Assembly: GCF_009914755.1 (NCBI RefSeq)
Contig: NC_060948.1
DNA from: the human T2T-CHM13v2.0 reference genome, Homo sapiens
Length of the DNA: 64,000 bases
Reading direction: 5' to 3' (one strand)
In this document: positions 42,299-55,712 of the stretch, one piece after another
Layout: each line of letters starts with the position of its first letter
Position numbering within the stretch: the first letter of the stretch is position 1
Position numbers and translations under genes: made by a program
The notes under the pieces: generated by a model
Databases searched by the model: none
What the model saw: only the letters and a program-made list of their open reading frames with translations
What the model was told of the DNA's origin: nothing

Positions 42299-42755
42299 GT
42301 GATCATCACTGTTTTATTGCATTCAACATGTGGGTGTGTATTTATTCATTTTCCCTCTTTTTCTGCATTTAGGGTCAGGAGAAAGGATAGGAGACAAGAG
42401 GAGATGGAAAGCGGCACATTGCAAAGGCTCATATGTTTCTGGTCATGGCTTTGCAAAAAGCCTTGAAGCCAGATGATGAATGGGTCTCTAGATGCGTGGT
42501 GCCTAAAAACAGAAGAGAAGCACCGTATTTGTTTCCAATTGCAGCTACCACATATCATTAAATGTATGCTGTGCACCTCGAAGATGGGAAGGAAAAGAGA
42601 TTACCCCCAAAATCAGCAAGATGCAGATATTTATCCTCCATCTTGGAAGAAAGGCTTCCTGCTTCCCAACTCTTCCTCATTAAGAGGAAATGACTCAGCC
42701 TTCCTGACAGTGCTTCCCCAGTTATCTACTAAAGTTTCTATAGAGATGAAGTCCA

Positions 42756-43197
<442 letters not shown>

Positions 43198-43251
43198 CTA
43201 CACAAGATGACGGAGAATTACCGTTTGGGGCAACTCACATACTCTCTATAA

Positions 43252-43766
43252 TAGCCGTCCCCAACTCCCCAGCGACAGATCAGTAGTGGTTCTTGGGCTG
43301 TTAGAAACTGGGCCAGAGAGTGGGTGAGCAATGGATCTTTATCTATATTTACAGCTGCTACTCATCACTTATATTACCACCTCAACTCTACCTTCTGTCA
43401 GATCAGTGATGGCATTAATTCTCATAGGAGTACAAAACATATTGTGGAATGCATATGCAAGGGATCTAGGTTGCATGCTCCTTATGAGAATCTAAGGCCT
43501 GATGATCTGTCACTGTCTCCCATCATTCCCAGATGGGACTACCTAGTTTCAGGAAAGCAAGCTCAGGGCTCCCATTTATTCTAGATGATGGTGAGTTGTA
43601 TAATTATTTCATTATATATTGCAATGTAATAATGATAAAAATAAAGTGCACAACACATGTAATGTACTTAAATCATTGTGAAACCATCCTCCCCCACTGC
43701 CTCAGTCCATAAAAAATTGTCTTTCAGAAAATTGGTCCCTGGTGCCAAACAAATTGGGCACCACTG
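43252..43766 (+). mobile_element. MER1A (hAT-Charlie)
   Basis: Full-length match; 8-bp TSD ctctataa/ccctataa. Confidence 0.92.
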
Positions 43767-43880
43767 CCCTATAAGACCATCAGCTCCGTAACAGTAGACA
43801 TATGTGTGAGTGCCTGAATGGGTGAACCACCTCCTACAAACATATAACACTAACTATGTGTTCCTTTATTTAATTCATCC

Positions 43881-44620
43881 CATATTAGTTTCCTACAACT
43901 GTTCTTAAAAATGACCACAAACTTAGTGTTAAAAGCAACATAAATTTATTAACCACACTTCTGAAGACCAGAAGTCAAAGTGGATTTTGCTGGACTGAAT
44001 CAAGGTGTGAGGTGATTGTGTTCCTTCTGAACACTCTATGGAAGAATCTAACTCCCCAAATTTCCAAGTTTCTATTTTTCTATTTTTTGTTTGTTTGTTT
44101 GTTTTTGAGACATGGTATTCTTCTGTCACCTGGGCTGGAGTGCAATGGCATGATCACAGCTTACACTGCAGCATCAAACTCCTGGGCTCAGCCACTCAAT
44201 TACTTGGGACTACAGGTGTGCTTGACCATTTTATTACTTTTTCATAGAGAAACAGTTTCACTATGTTGCCCAGGGTGGTCTCAAACTCCTGAGCTCAAGC
44301 AGTCTTCTCACCTTGGCCTCCCAAGGTGCTGGGATTACAAATGTAATCCTCTGTGCCTAGCCCCCAAGTTTCTAGATGCTGCCTATATTCCTTGGCTTGT
44401 GGCCTCTTTTCAGTGAACAATAGCATCACTCCAATCTCTGCTTCTAGTTTTTCCTTATAAATCCCTTGATTACACTGGACCAATGTGGGTCATCCAGGAT
44501 CATCTCCACACTTTTAGGTTATATCTGCAAAGTCCCCTTTGCCCTTTCATGTAGCATATCCACAGGCACCAAGAATTATGACTTGGGCATATTTGTGACA
44601 AGGTGTATTTTGCTACACCA
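43881..44620 (-). mobile_element. MLT1D-like LTR, interrupted by AluJ
   Basis: accacaaacttagtg...aacataaatttatt...atctgcaaagtcccctttgcc. Confidence 0.75.
44074..44363 (-). mobile_element. AluJ
   Basis: TSD ccaagtttcta. Confidence 0.9.
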
Positions 44621-45013
44621 AGCTCTAGATTTCATTTTAGATTCTGGACAGCTGCAGAGCCTTAGAAAGGAAAATTGTGAACCCATATAAGTGTTCTTTT
44701 CAGAAAAAAAGGAATCATTGGTAAGAATCAGGATGACTACATAAACACATTTCATGTCCAACACACCCACTGCCCCAAGAATGGGGAGTGAGAACATGGT
44801 CTCATTCACTGTGGTCACTCTTTTACTTATACTTCTGGTCATTACTAGTAGGTATTCAATAATTAAGTAAAGCCCAAATAAATAAAATAGTAGTCAAAGC
44901 CTCTAAAACATGCTGATTCAAAAGGTAGACTGGTACCTAATTCTTGCAAATAATTTCCCCAAAATTGAAGAAGAAAAAGAGGTAGTTATTTGCCATGGTA
45001 AAAAGAGCAATAG

Positions 45014-45026
45014 TTTTTGTTTTGTT

Positions 45027-45057
<31 letters not shown>

Positions 45058-45350
45058 TTTGTTTATTTTGAGACAGGGTCTTGCTCTGATACCCAGGCTT
45101 GAGTGTAGAAATACAGTCCTAGATTACTGCAGCATCAAACTCCTGGGCTCGAGCTACCCCATCACCTTAGTCTCTTAAGTGACTGGGACTACAGGTATGC
45201 ACTACTATGCCTGGGTACTTTTGCTTTTTGTAAAGATGAGGTTTCACTATATTGCCCAATCTAGCTTTGAATGCCTGGCCTCAAGTGATCATCCTACACC
45301 AGCCCCGCAAACTGCTGGGATTACAGATGTTAGCCACTGTACCCTGCCCC
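45014..45350 (-). mobile_element. AluJ with (TTTA)n tail
   Basis: Diverged full Alu. Confidence 0.9.
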
Positions 45351-45568
45351 ATATATTTTTCTAAATTTATATATTTATTTTTAATTTTTTTTAAAAAAAC
45401 ATAAACTACACATATTTATTCAAAAATATGACTGCAAGAGCAAAAGTAACAAATTGTGCATTAACTGATTTGTATGAAGCACCAAAAAAAGTCAAATGTA
45501 CAGAAGCAGAGAGGAGAGTAAATTTCAGTTCTGCAGGATGACGCTGGTTAATAACATTGTTGATGTCT

Positions 45569-46183
45569 GTTGTGAGACCTTAGTTTTTGTCTTCTTAGTT
45601 TAAAATAATTTAAACAAGAGACACATAGTAAAGGAGATACACCATAGAATAATTTATTGCAAATTAAAAAGAATATTTTGAAAATTAAGTGTAGAATAGA
45701 CAGGTAATACACACTGAGAGAGAGAGGATTCAGGTGGGCTGCTTTTAAGGATGAGACAGTATTGATTATTGCTGGAGAAACTCCCTTTATGGAATCTTAT
45801 ATAATGATTCATAAGGATGTGGGAGAGGTGTTGCTAGTAAGCATTTTCTGGGTGGTCCTTCGGGCACAAATGCATGGTAGCTGTACTTGCTTGTTCATGG
45901 GTCGCAGGTCTCATTAACATCTTATATCTCCACCCAGGGGTGTGTATTTTACTATTACAATGAGCCAAGGGTCATCATTCCCAGATGGGACTATCTACTC
46001 CGATGACAGGTAATATCAAAGTGGACATTCTCTCTGCAGCGTGAAGTCCCTACTGAAGATAGCTTTGCTTGAATGAGCTCAATTACAATACCAATGCTGA
46101 GACTGATTGTGTTGATTGTATGATCCCCATGGTTGCTACATCTCCAGGACATGGTCACTTTCTTAACTACCTATCCTGCCTAA
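45569..46183 (-). mobile_element. ERV1-class solo LTR (LTR29/LTR36-like)
   Basis: tttaaacaagagacaca...atttattgcaaa...ggacatggtcactttcttaactacctatcctgcct. Confidence 0.75.
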
Positions 46184-46380
46184 ACACAATATTACATATT
46201 TGAAGTTTGCTAAGAGAATAGATGTTCTCACCACACACACATGCACACATGTGCACACACACAAAAACACACACGCACACTAAGTATGTGAGGTAGCAGA
46301 CATGCTAATTAGCTTGATGCTGGTAATCATGTCACAATGTTCACATATATCAAAACAGCATAGTATACTGTAAGAAGATG

Positions 46381-46914
46381 TGTAATGGTTAATATTGAGT
46401 GTCAACTTGACTTTTTTGAATGATGCAAAGTATTGTTCCTGGGTGTGTCTCTGAGAGTGTTCCCAAAGGAGATTAGTGGACTCAGATTTGAGTCAGTGGA
46501 CTGGGAGAGGGAGACCCACCTTCAACCTGGGTGGGCACCATCACATCAGCTGCCCATGTGGCTAGGATAAAAACAGGCAGAGGAATGTGGAAGGACTAGA
46601 ATGGCTGAGTCTTCCAGCCTACATCTTTCTCTCATGCTGGGTGCTTCCTGCCCTAAAGCACTGGACTCCAAATTGTTCAGCTCTTGGACTCTTGTACATT
46701 CAACCACAGATTAAAGGTTGCACTGTCAGCTTCTCTACTTTTGAGGTTTTGGGACTGAGACTGGCTTCCTTGCTCCTCAGCTTGCAGACAGCCTATTGTG
46801 GGAGTTCATCTTGTAAAGTCTTTATCATGTAAGTCAATACCCCGTAACAAACTCCCTTTTACATATACTTCTATCCTATTAGTTATTTTCCTCTGCAGAA
46901 CCATGACTAATACA
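46381..46914 (+). mobile_element. MLT2A LTR (HERV-L)
   Basis: tgtaatggttaatattgagtgtcaacttga...gactaataca; TSD agatg/atatg. Confidence 0.92.
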
Positions 46915-47154
46915 ATATGCAATTCCTATTTTTATTTACACTTCAATAAATCTAAAAATGTCAAAAATAAAAAAGGCAAAACACTGACCAGTAGCATTAT
47001 ATCTCTCCACCCCCAAAAGCCAGAACTAAAGTAGCTAAAGTCATTCATAAGCACTAAAGTGAAGGAAGTTGTGCCTATAAACTACACACAAGCATCATCC
47101 ATTCCCAAGAAATTGAAACAACTGAAGCCAATGGGAACATGTGTTAAGCGGGAC

Positions 47155-47514
47155 TGATATGGACTGAATATCTGTCTGCCTCCAAATCCCTGTCTTAAAA
47201 TTTTCAGCCACAAGGTGGCGGCAATAGGGACTGGGGGTTTCTAGGACATAAGATGATGAGGGTGGAGCCTCATGAATGGGATGAGTGTTCTTGTAAAATG
47301 GATGTTAGAAAGCTTCCTTGCCCCTTGTACCATATGAGGAGAGAGCAAGAAGGTGCCATCTATGAACCAGGAAACAGGTCCCCACCAGCGACTGAATCTT
47401 TCTTACACTGACCCTGGACTTCTAGCCTCCAGAATTGTAAGCAATAGAGTTTAACTGTTTATAATCCACTCAGTCTATGTCATTTTGTCATACTAGCCCC
47501 AAGAGACTTAGATA
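47155..47514 (+). mobile_element. MLT1A0/MSTD-like LTR
   Basis: tgagggtggagcctcatgaatgggat...gccatctatgaaccaggaaacagg. Confidence 0.82.
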
Positions 47515-48164
47515 GGAATTTCAGTGCATGATTGTGTATTCAAATTTTTAGTTTAATTATCTTTGTAAACCTGTTGTGTTTACTGAAACTGCTTTTGATG
47601 GAGCACATTTTCTTATTTGAGAAACATGGTTTCCGACATTTCTCTGTGAAGAATTTAGCCAAAGGATTGAGATGTTTCTTTTAATTTTTAAATTTTCTTC
47701 TGTTTACAACAGTAGTTGTTATCTCATTACATTTTATCTTTGTATGAAAATATTATAGTAACAAAATGGAATGCTTGAAAGAAAAATGTCTGATAGAGTC
47801 TATAAAATATTATCTACTTTTAATATTTCTGCACTGACTAAATGAAAATGATGGAAGATTAATGTGGTCAAAAACATTTGCGGATAAATTGTTCAATATA
47901 TGAGTGTGCTCTAAATAAAGTCCTTTCTCTATCAAAAATATTCTTGGTCACAGAGGATATACAATTCAAAGGAAATCAAAATAACTATACCTGCAGTTCT
48001 GTTGTCTTCAATTGCTCTACCTGGATTGGTAATGATATTGAGCATCTTCCCTTGGGATACTTTTGGTTTTGATGTAAACATTTTTAATTTGTTAAATCTC
48101 CAATAAAATCCAGGCCAGTGTCTGGGTCTCGAAGGTGGGACTAGAAAATAACAGTGAATATGTT

Positions 48165-49120
48165 CTTTTGGGGTGGCTATAGGCTCTTGTCCCCCAAACG
48201 TTTGCTAAAAATCACTGGCATGAGGTAGATTGATTAATAGGAGACAGGACATACAAATTTCTCTAATGTGTCTACATGGGTGCCTTCAGAATGGAGATCC
48301 CAAACCCCACTGAGGGCCAGAAGCTTAAATACAGTCTTGAAAGAATTAGGACTTGGATCCCGGTAGAACAGTGTATTAGTCTTTCCTCACGCTTCTAATA
48401 AAGACATACCTGAGACTGGGTAATTATAAAGGTAAAACATTTAATGCACTCACAGTTCCACATGGCTGGGGAGGCCTCACAATCATGGTGAAAGGTGAAA
48501 GGCACGTCTCACATGGCAGTAGGCAAAGAGAATGAGAACCAACCAAAAGGGGTTACTCCTTATAAAACAATTATATATTGTGAGACTTTTTCACTACTGC
48601 AAGAAAAATATGGGGGAAACTGCCTGCATGATTCAATTATGTGCCACTGGTCCCTCCCACATCATGTGTGAATTATCGGAGCTACTAATCAAGATAAGAT
48701 TTGGGTGGGGACACAGCCAAACTATATCAAAGGAGTTATGAGAAAGGGAGAAAAGGAATTCTGTGGAGTGGAAATATGATTGTTAGGGAGAATAATTGAA
48801 TATATTGAATATGGAACAGAGATTAACTTAACTGGGTAACTTAATTTAATTGATCTTTGGAAATAGTCATTATAAAAAGGTCTCCTCTGGTGTGGCCACA
48901 CCTTGATTTTGTTTTCTTCAGTAAATAATGAGGTAGTAGAGAAGTGGAGAAAGAACAACTGTTACCTTTGGTGGCTCTGAACCTTAGGCAGACAAAGAAA
49001 CTTCAGCTTCTTTGGGAGAGACAGCGAGAGGTGTGGGGAGGGTAAGAGAGATCTTGAAGCTTCTTAGCTTGAGCACGTCAAAACACCATATTTTGGAGCA
49101 TAAGTTTCTAAGCTCCAAAA
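48165..49120 (-). mobile_element. MER34/MER39-like ERV1 LTR, interrupted by THE1
   Basis: tttgctaaaaatcactggcatgaggtagattgattaatagg...aaacaccatattttgg. Confidence 0.65.
48372..48729 (-). mobile_element. THE1B-like LTR
   Basis: tgtattagtc...taataaagacatacctgagactggg...gggacacagccaaactatatca. Confidence 0.92.
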
Positions 49121-50137
49121 TTTTCAATAATAATGTTTGGGAAGAAGCCCATTTATAAAATAATCCTTGGAATTCAGAAGATAGACTTGAGAATATCAAG
49201 TATAGAATATAGGTTTGAGCTCCAACTTTATTTGGAATTATTTTCATCATGAGTTTATGTAAAAGCAAGATGATTTATGCTAACGTTCATTGATTAACTC
49301 ATTAAAAAAAATCCTGAACATAGGGTAATGAAATATCCATTAAACACTGCATTCCAGACTAAAGCATGTTATTTGGGGGAGATGTTTGATAATCTGTAAA
49401 TACAAACAAATATGTTTCACATGAACTTTCATACATAAAAATGAATTCATAAAGTATTTATAATCAACCCACTGTAATTCCCCAATTGTGGGCAATAAAC
49501 AATAGAAGGAGTGTGTCTCATGAAGTGCATGGGGCAGTTCATTGTGATTTAATGGTTGACATTTGAGTGATGGGACATCCCCTCAGAGGTATATAATAAT
49601 AAACAAGAGTGAAAACATAGACATGAAGCACAACCGTAGTTTAGGGATAAGCTTCAATTAGGTATTTCTAGAGACTCAAACCATTGATATAATCTGTTTT
49701 GGAAATGTTTCTCTATCAACTGTTGGATACAGAAAGACAAACCCAAGATCAAATGGCATTCCACTTAGTAAGTGGATATTGCAATGAATTTATACCTCAG
49801 AACTTCTGAAAGTGTTTGCAGTATCTGGGAGTCCAAAATCAGAATAACACAAACAAACTGTAAGAAAAATAACTGCAAGAATTGTGCATTTGAATAGGTG
49901 CAGGAGTGGAAAATTAATATATTTAACCAAATGTGTCTGATTTTCTTGAGCTATCTTTTGCTTTCAAATATCAGCAGTGCTAATGACTGTCAGCTTTACT
50001 GAGGTCACCATTACAATGAGAAACTACATTTCTCATGCTGACTCAATGTGGAGTTGATGTTCACACCATCATCTCTACAGGGCAGGGAACCTTAGGGTTA
50101 TTCATGTGTGCTTATAAGAGAGAAACAGCAAAGAACC

Positions 50138-50508
50138 TGTATTGGTCCATTGTCACACTGCTATAAAGAACTATCCTACCTAAGACTGGATAATTTATAA
50201 AGAAAAAAGATTTAATTGACTCAAAGTTCCACCTGACTAGGGAGGCCTAAGAAAACTTACAGTCATGGCAAAAGGCAAAGTGGAAGCAAGACACATCTTA
50301 CATGATGACAGGAGTGACAGAAAGACCAAAAAGGCAAGTGACACCTTTAAAGTGTCAGATGTTATGAGAATTCACTCATTTTCATGAGAATAGGATGAGG
50401 GAAACCACGTTCATGATCCAATTGCTTCCCACATGATTCCTTCCTGGATACATGGGGATCATAATTCAAGATGAGATTTGAGTCAGGACACAGAGTCAAA
50501 CCATACCA
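50138..50508 (-). mobile_element. THE1D/MSTA-like LTR
   Basis: tgtattggtccattgtcacactgctataaagaac...aattcaagatgagatttg. Confidence 0.88.
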
Positions 50509-50872
50509 GAAGGGGTTTCTCAAAATGAAAAACTAAACTACAATTCTGAAATAATGAGTTCCAATCCCACATTCTCTATTGCATTTCTATTCAATTCATT
50601 CCCTGAAGGTCCCTGATTCCTGTAAGCCATGCCAGGTCATAGGGCTAGTCTATACATCTATCTAAAAGGTGAAATTCTTTAATGTGAAATTCTGGTTATT
50701 CATGGAAGTAGTTCCAGGGTGATCTGATCTTTGAGAACAGCATAACCTATATTTAAATATCTAAAAGAGTAAGTAAAAAGTCAAATCAATACAATTTACT
50801 ACTTGCAACAGTAGAATAAGATAATATAACATTACAGATATAATCTATTATAAAAGTAATTCCTAACATTCC

Positions 50873-50992
50873 TTTATTTTATTTTTAATTGACAATAATT
50901 GTACATACTTATGGGGCACAATATGATATGTTCATATATGTTTACACTGTAGAATGATTGCATTAAGCTAATTCACAAATCCCTACCTCACT
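50873..50992 (-). mobile_element. L1MA 3' terminal fragment
   Basis: aattgacaataattgtacatacttatgggg. Confidence 0.7.
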
Positions 50993-52442
50993 TCCCTTTC
51001 ATTTTCTTAATGAATTTCATTGTAGAAGGTGGAATTTTCAACAGCATACATAATTCGGGTCTCATTAAGAAGGCCTGTATTTATATGCACAAACTTGTCT
51101 TAGCATCTATCTAACTTAACTGGTGTGGTAGGTCAAATTGGGCATGTTTGTCATGATGATAAAGTGGTATGCAGACCTGGTCAGGACAGAAGGCAATCTG
51201 TATATTGCTAGTTCAGAGACCATATTTTGAGAAAGCCTGGCTTAAGAAATAGGAAAAGCAAATTTTTGAAAAATTTGTAAAGTGGTAAGAATGTCATTTG
51301 GTAAAATTAATGCATTAATTTGTCCCCAAGATTATTGGATATAACTGACTGCTGTAGTTGGGTAATTTCTTAATGACTACAAAGTGAAAACAACATTTTT
51401 ACACTTGATATTGCTTCATTTCAGGCAATATCATTATTGAACCCATCAAACATTTTAAATAATAACAGTTCAGTATGACCTCTGAAATATGATAAAAATA
51501 ACAATTTGTGTTGACTCTTACAGAAAATGTTCTTTGCTGAAAACACATTTAACAACTCTGTGTAACTATTCTTATAAAATCAAGCAGTATTAAATATGTT
51601 CTTTATGCAAAATATGTTATGACAAAAAGCATTATTCAGCATCCATTATAAAGGAAGTTTTTGAAAACTAAATGGAAACACTTACAATCAAAGCAGGGTA
51701 GCTAGGCAAATAGACAGCCATGCCTGTATAACAGAAAAATGGAAGTGGTAATTAAGGCAAAGAGAAAAACTCTGAAACAAATGACAGCAGTTTTGTACAA
51801 GGATGTCCTAATTCAAAGTTTTTCTCAATAGCTTACCATAATGTTATTCTAAATATTGTATGGATGCTTATTGCTTTAAATAAATTTTCAGAAGAGTATT
51901 TCACAGCATAATTAATCCTTTCATTATGTCTGCACCGAAAATTAAGCTAAAATCATTGCCACAAATTTATAAAAATGCAAGGAAATTAAAATAGTTTTCT
52001 AAATGTAGAATACACACACAGTAGACCTTCTCACTTCAAAAAAAATCTTCTGTTTAAAATTAAAATTTTGCTCTACAGAATGAAGCTGTTCTTTGATTTC
52101 TTTGTCCTCTTTCATGATAATTACCTCTACTTTTACTTTAATATCCTGGGAAGGATATTAAATACCATTTGTAAATAACATTTTTCAAGTATTTCTTAAT
52201 AAACTATTCTCTTTTTATTATGCAATGACAGTGGCATGTGTATGCATGTATTTATAAACGTAAAATGTAAATACCAACACCTCACCAAGGCAAGTAATAA
52301 GCAGATCTATTTTTTTCTTTCCAGCACTGTGTTCCCTTAACATAGCACTAAACATATTTTCAAGAAAATTATTTAAGAAATTTCTGTAAATACACTGCCA
52401 TCTTCCTATGATTGCATGAGATATTTCCTCAGCCATATATGT

Positions 52443-52569
52443 TACACCTACTACAGTGAACATAAGCACTTAGGCTAGCTTACCTTAACAGAACTCTGAC
52501 ATTAGCTTACAGTTGGACAAAATCACCTAACACAAAGCCTATTTCATCAGAAAGTGTTGAATATCTTAC

Positions 52570-52625
<56 letters not shown>

Positions 52626-52672
52626 AATACAGGTTGTCACTGGGCAGAGTAGAAATGTATAAGTAGCATCTG
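52443..52672 (+). mobile_element. MER47/Tigger5-like fragment containing a pure A50
   Basis: acattagcttacagttggacaaaatcacctaacacaaagcctattt...aagtgttgaatatct. Confidence 0.7.
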
Positions 52673-53887
52673 TTTAGTTTTGGGGGGATGCCTTAGGATC
52701 ATGATATTTCACTCTAAAAAAGCAAATATCACATAAAATATTTTAACATTTCAGAAATCTGTGGAGTCAATTGTGTTTTTCAAAAGGATGGTGGACTCTT
52801 CTCAGCAGTAGATTACAGAAGTGCTAATCTCTACAACAAGATGCAGGACAGTTCTGAACTTAGAATTGTCCCTTGACTTCACACTTTTCACAGATTTCCC
52901 TAGACGTATACATAGGTGAAAAATCTGTTTATAACTATTCAAGTATGGAAGCTAAACCCATTTCACTGATGATGATGAATAATGTTTTGCATGCTTCTCA
53001 TACACACTGAATTTTCAAGGAACACAATTATGGAACTGTAAAAAAAAATGTTTTGTTCTATTAAATTCATTTGTAAGTGAATATTTCTTTCCAGATAAAA
53101 TAATAGCAAAGTTCATGTAAGTTGCAAGGAAATTCTATTTGAAATAATGACTGTTTCTATACTATTAACATTCTCACACAAGTGGTCATGTTTTCTTGAT
53201 TACAGTGTAAAATCTCCTTTGAATTCTGCTCCCCAGTGAAAACATTGTCTGTCTTTCAAATCTAATTATGTCGGTAGGTAAAGGTGAATGTTCATTTGTG
53301 ATTTCCTGTCACTAATTTTATTTTCCCTTAGCATGGGAAAGCAATCAGGGAGATACTTCCTTCATTGAAGAGGATTATTTAAAAAACAAAGAAACAACAA
53401 CAACAACAACAAAAAACAAAAAACAAAAAACATAGATCCTTGAGAATAATGAGACTTTAATTCAATTTTTGTTTTATTTGTCCTCTACATGCACTGCTAC
53501 AATGTGAAAATGCCAACTGCATCTATTTTCCATTACTTCTATTAAGCTTTACTATTTTGGAAATTTAAATGGTATAAACACTTTATAATCAATGATTATA
53601 TGGTTTTACATCCTACAAAAACAGAGAGAGACAGAGAGAGACAGAGAATAATGCAATTTGGGATACTCAAATTTCCACAGTTTACACCTCCTTTAAAATC
53701 TCACTGGCTAGAGTAAGAAGCAACACAAAAAGATTTTTGAACACATGGCAAGAACTTGACCCAAGAGATGAATATACTATATTTTTTCATGCAATTTCCA
53801 GAAGCCTATTATCTGAAGAGGTGCCTTAAAGCAACCTGTCATTTATGAATTGCTTCAAATATATAATTCCAAAAATATTGAATGTGC

Positions 53888-54024
53888 TTATGAAAGAGTT
53901 TCCCTGACCAGACTTAGCTAGGGTCAGAGTAGTTCCAAACTTTAAATCACCATAAGTACCTATCTTAAACAAATTGCAATAAAATGGCACTGAAAGAAGA
54001 ATTCTTTTAAAATAGTTACAGAAT
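53888..54024 (+). repeat. Left arm of a 137-bp inverted repeat
   Basis: About 84% ungapped identity to the reverse complement of 57035-57171. Confidence 0.92.
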
Positions 54025-54364
54025 CTTCCTGTAAAAGTATAAAAACTGAAAAAGAACATAAGAGAGATAGGAGAGAAGGATAGTTTTGTCTGAAAAAATG
54101 GAGAATGAGAGTGATTTAAGCTCCAAGCAGCAAAGCCATGTTTTACCATGCTTTACCTTCCCCTGGCCTTTCACCTAATTAATGCATGAGAAAGAAATAC
54201 AGAGATGATTTCCACACAAACTGCCAAACAGCCACAGTTCTAAAATGTAGAACACCTTGGAAAATTTCTTCATTGGCCACATCTCCAATCATTGAGGCTG
54301 CCCTTTGCAGTTTAGCAGAGGGTCTTTAAGAGAACAAGAAACATGAATAAACTGCAAAATATTG

Positions 54365-54978
54365 GGACATTATTCCTAGTGAAATAAGCCAAGCCCTGTG
54401 ATCTCACCTGTTCATGGAATCTAAAAACAGAAATAAAACTCACAGAAGCAGAAAATAGAATGGTGGTTACGGAGCTGGAGCAGGGGAGATGATGTGTAGA
54501 TATTGGATAAAGGAAACAAAGTTATCAAGGATATCAGTTAAATGAAACAAAGTTATCAAGGTTATTAGTAAAAGGATACAGAGTTATCAAGAGTATTGGT
54601 TAAAAAAACAGAGTTATCAAGGATATTGGTTAAAGGACACAAAGTTATTAAAGATACTGGTTAAAGGAAACAAAGTTATCAGGCATAATGGTTAAATAAT
54701 GCAAAGTAAGGCTACTGGAAAAATGACAGGAAGTTAGGGTGAATAATTTCTGAAGATCTATTGTACAGTATGATGACTATAGTTAATAATTATGTATTGT
54801 ATTCTTAAAAATTGCTAGGAGTAGATTTTAAGTGTCCCCATCAAAAACCATGATAACTCTGTGAGGAGATGGCTATGCTAACTAGCTTGATTTAATAATT
54901 TCACAATGTACACACATACCAAAGAACTGTGATATACTCCACAAGTAAATGCATTTTTTTGTCAACTAAAATATTTAA
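54365..54978 (+). mobile_element. L1MA/MB 3' end with an internal minisatellite
   Basis: ctagtgaaataagcca...gaatggtggttac...tgactatagttaataat. Confidence 0.85.
54499..54706 (+). repeat. 31-bp minisatellite, about 6.7 diverged copies
   Basis: Consensus gatattggttaaaggaaacaaagttatcaag. Confidence 0.92.
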
Positions 54979-55050
54979 AACACAAATTTATCATATTAAA
55001 ATTCCAAGAAACAGCACAATTATATAAAGACAGGTCAGAACATTAAATGT

Positions 55051-55364
<314 letters not shown>

Positions 55365-55372
55365 TTAAATGT

Positions 55373-55712
55373 GGCCAGGTGTGGTGGCTCATGCCTGTAA
55401 TACCAGGACTTTGGGAGGCCGAGGTGGGAAGATCACTTGAGGCCAGGAGTTTGAACCACCCTGGGGTATGTGGTGAAACCCCATCTCTACCAAAATACAA
55501 AAATGAGCTAGGCATGGTGGTGGGCACCTGTAGTCCCAGATACTTACGAGGCTGAGGCAGGAGAATCAATTGATCCTGTGAAGCAGAGGTTGCAGTGAGC
55601 TGAGATCATGCCACTGTTGGAATGATTTGAGGCCTATAGTGGAAAAGGAAATATCTTTCCTTTTCCAGCCTGGGCAACAGAGTGAGACTCTCTCTCAAAA
55701 ACAAACAAACAA
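55373..55712 (+). mobile_element. AluS/J carrying an alpha-satellite-like insert
   Basis: Full Alu with about 47 extra bp between ccactg and tccagcctggg. Confidence 0.93.
55617..55657 (+). repeat. Alpha-satellite (alphoid) fragment
   Basis: ttggaatgatttgaggcctatagtggaaaaggaaatatctt resembles alphoid TTTGAGGCCTATGGTGGAAAAGGAAATATCTT. Confidence 0.85.

Larger units (their letters stand above)
45470..46970 (+). mobile_element. L1MA/MB 3' end split by two LTR insertions
   Basis: acagaagcagag...; ttgaagtttgctaagaga; gtatgtgaggt...attagcttga; acttcaataaa. Confidence 0.7.

Noticed and set aside
54499-54706. CRISPR-like about 31-bp repeats
   Set aside because: Head-to-tail units without unique spacers, inside an L1 in primate DNA.
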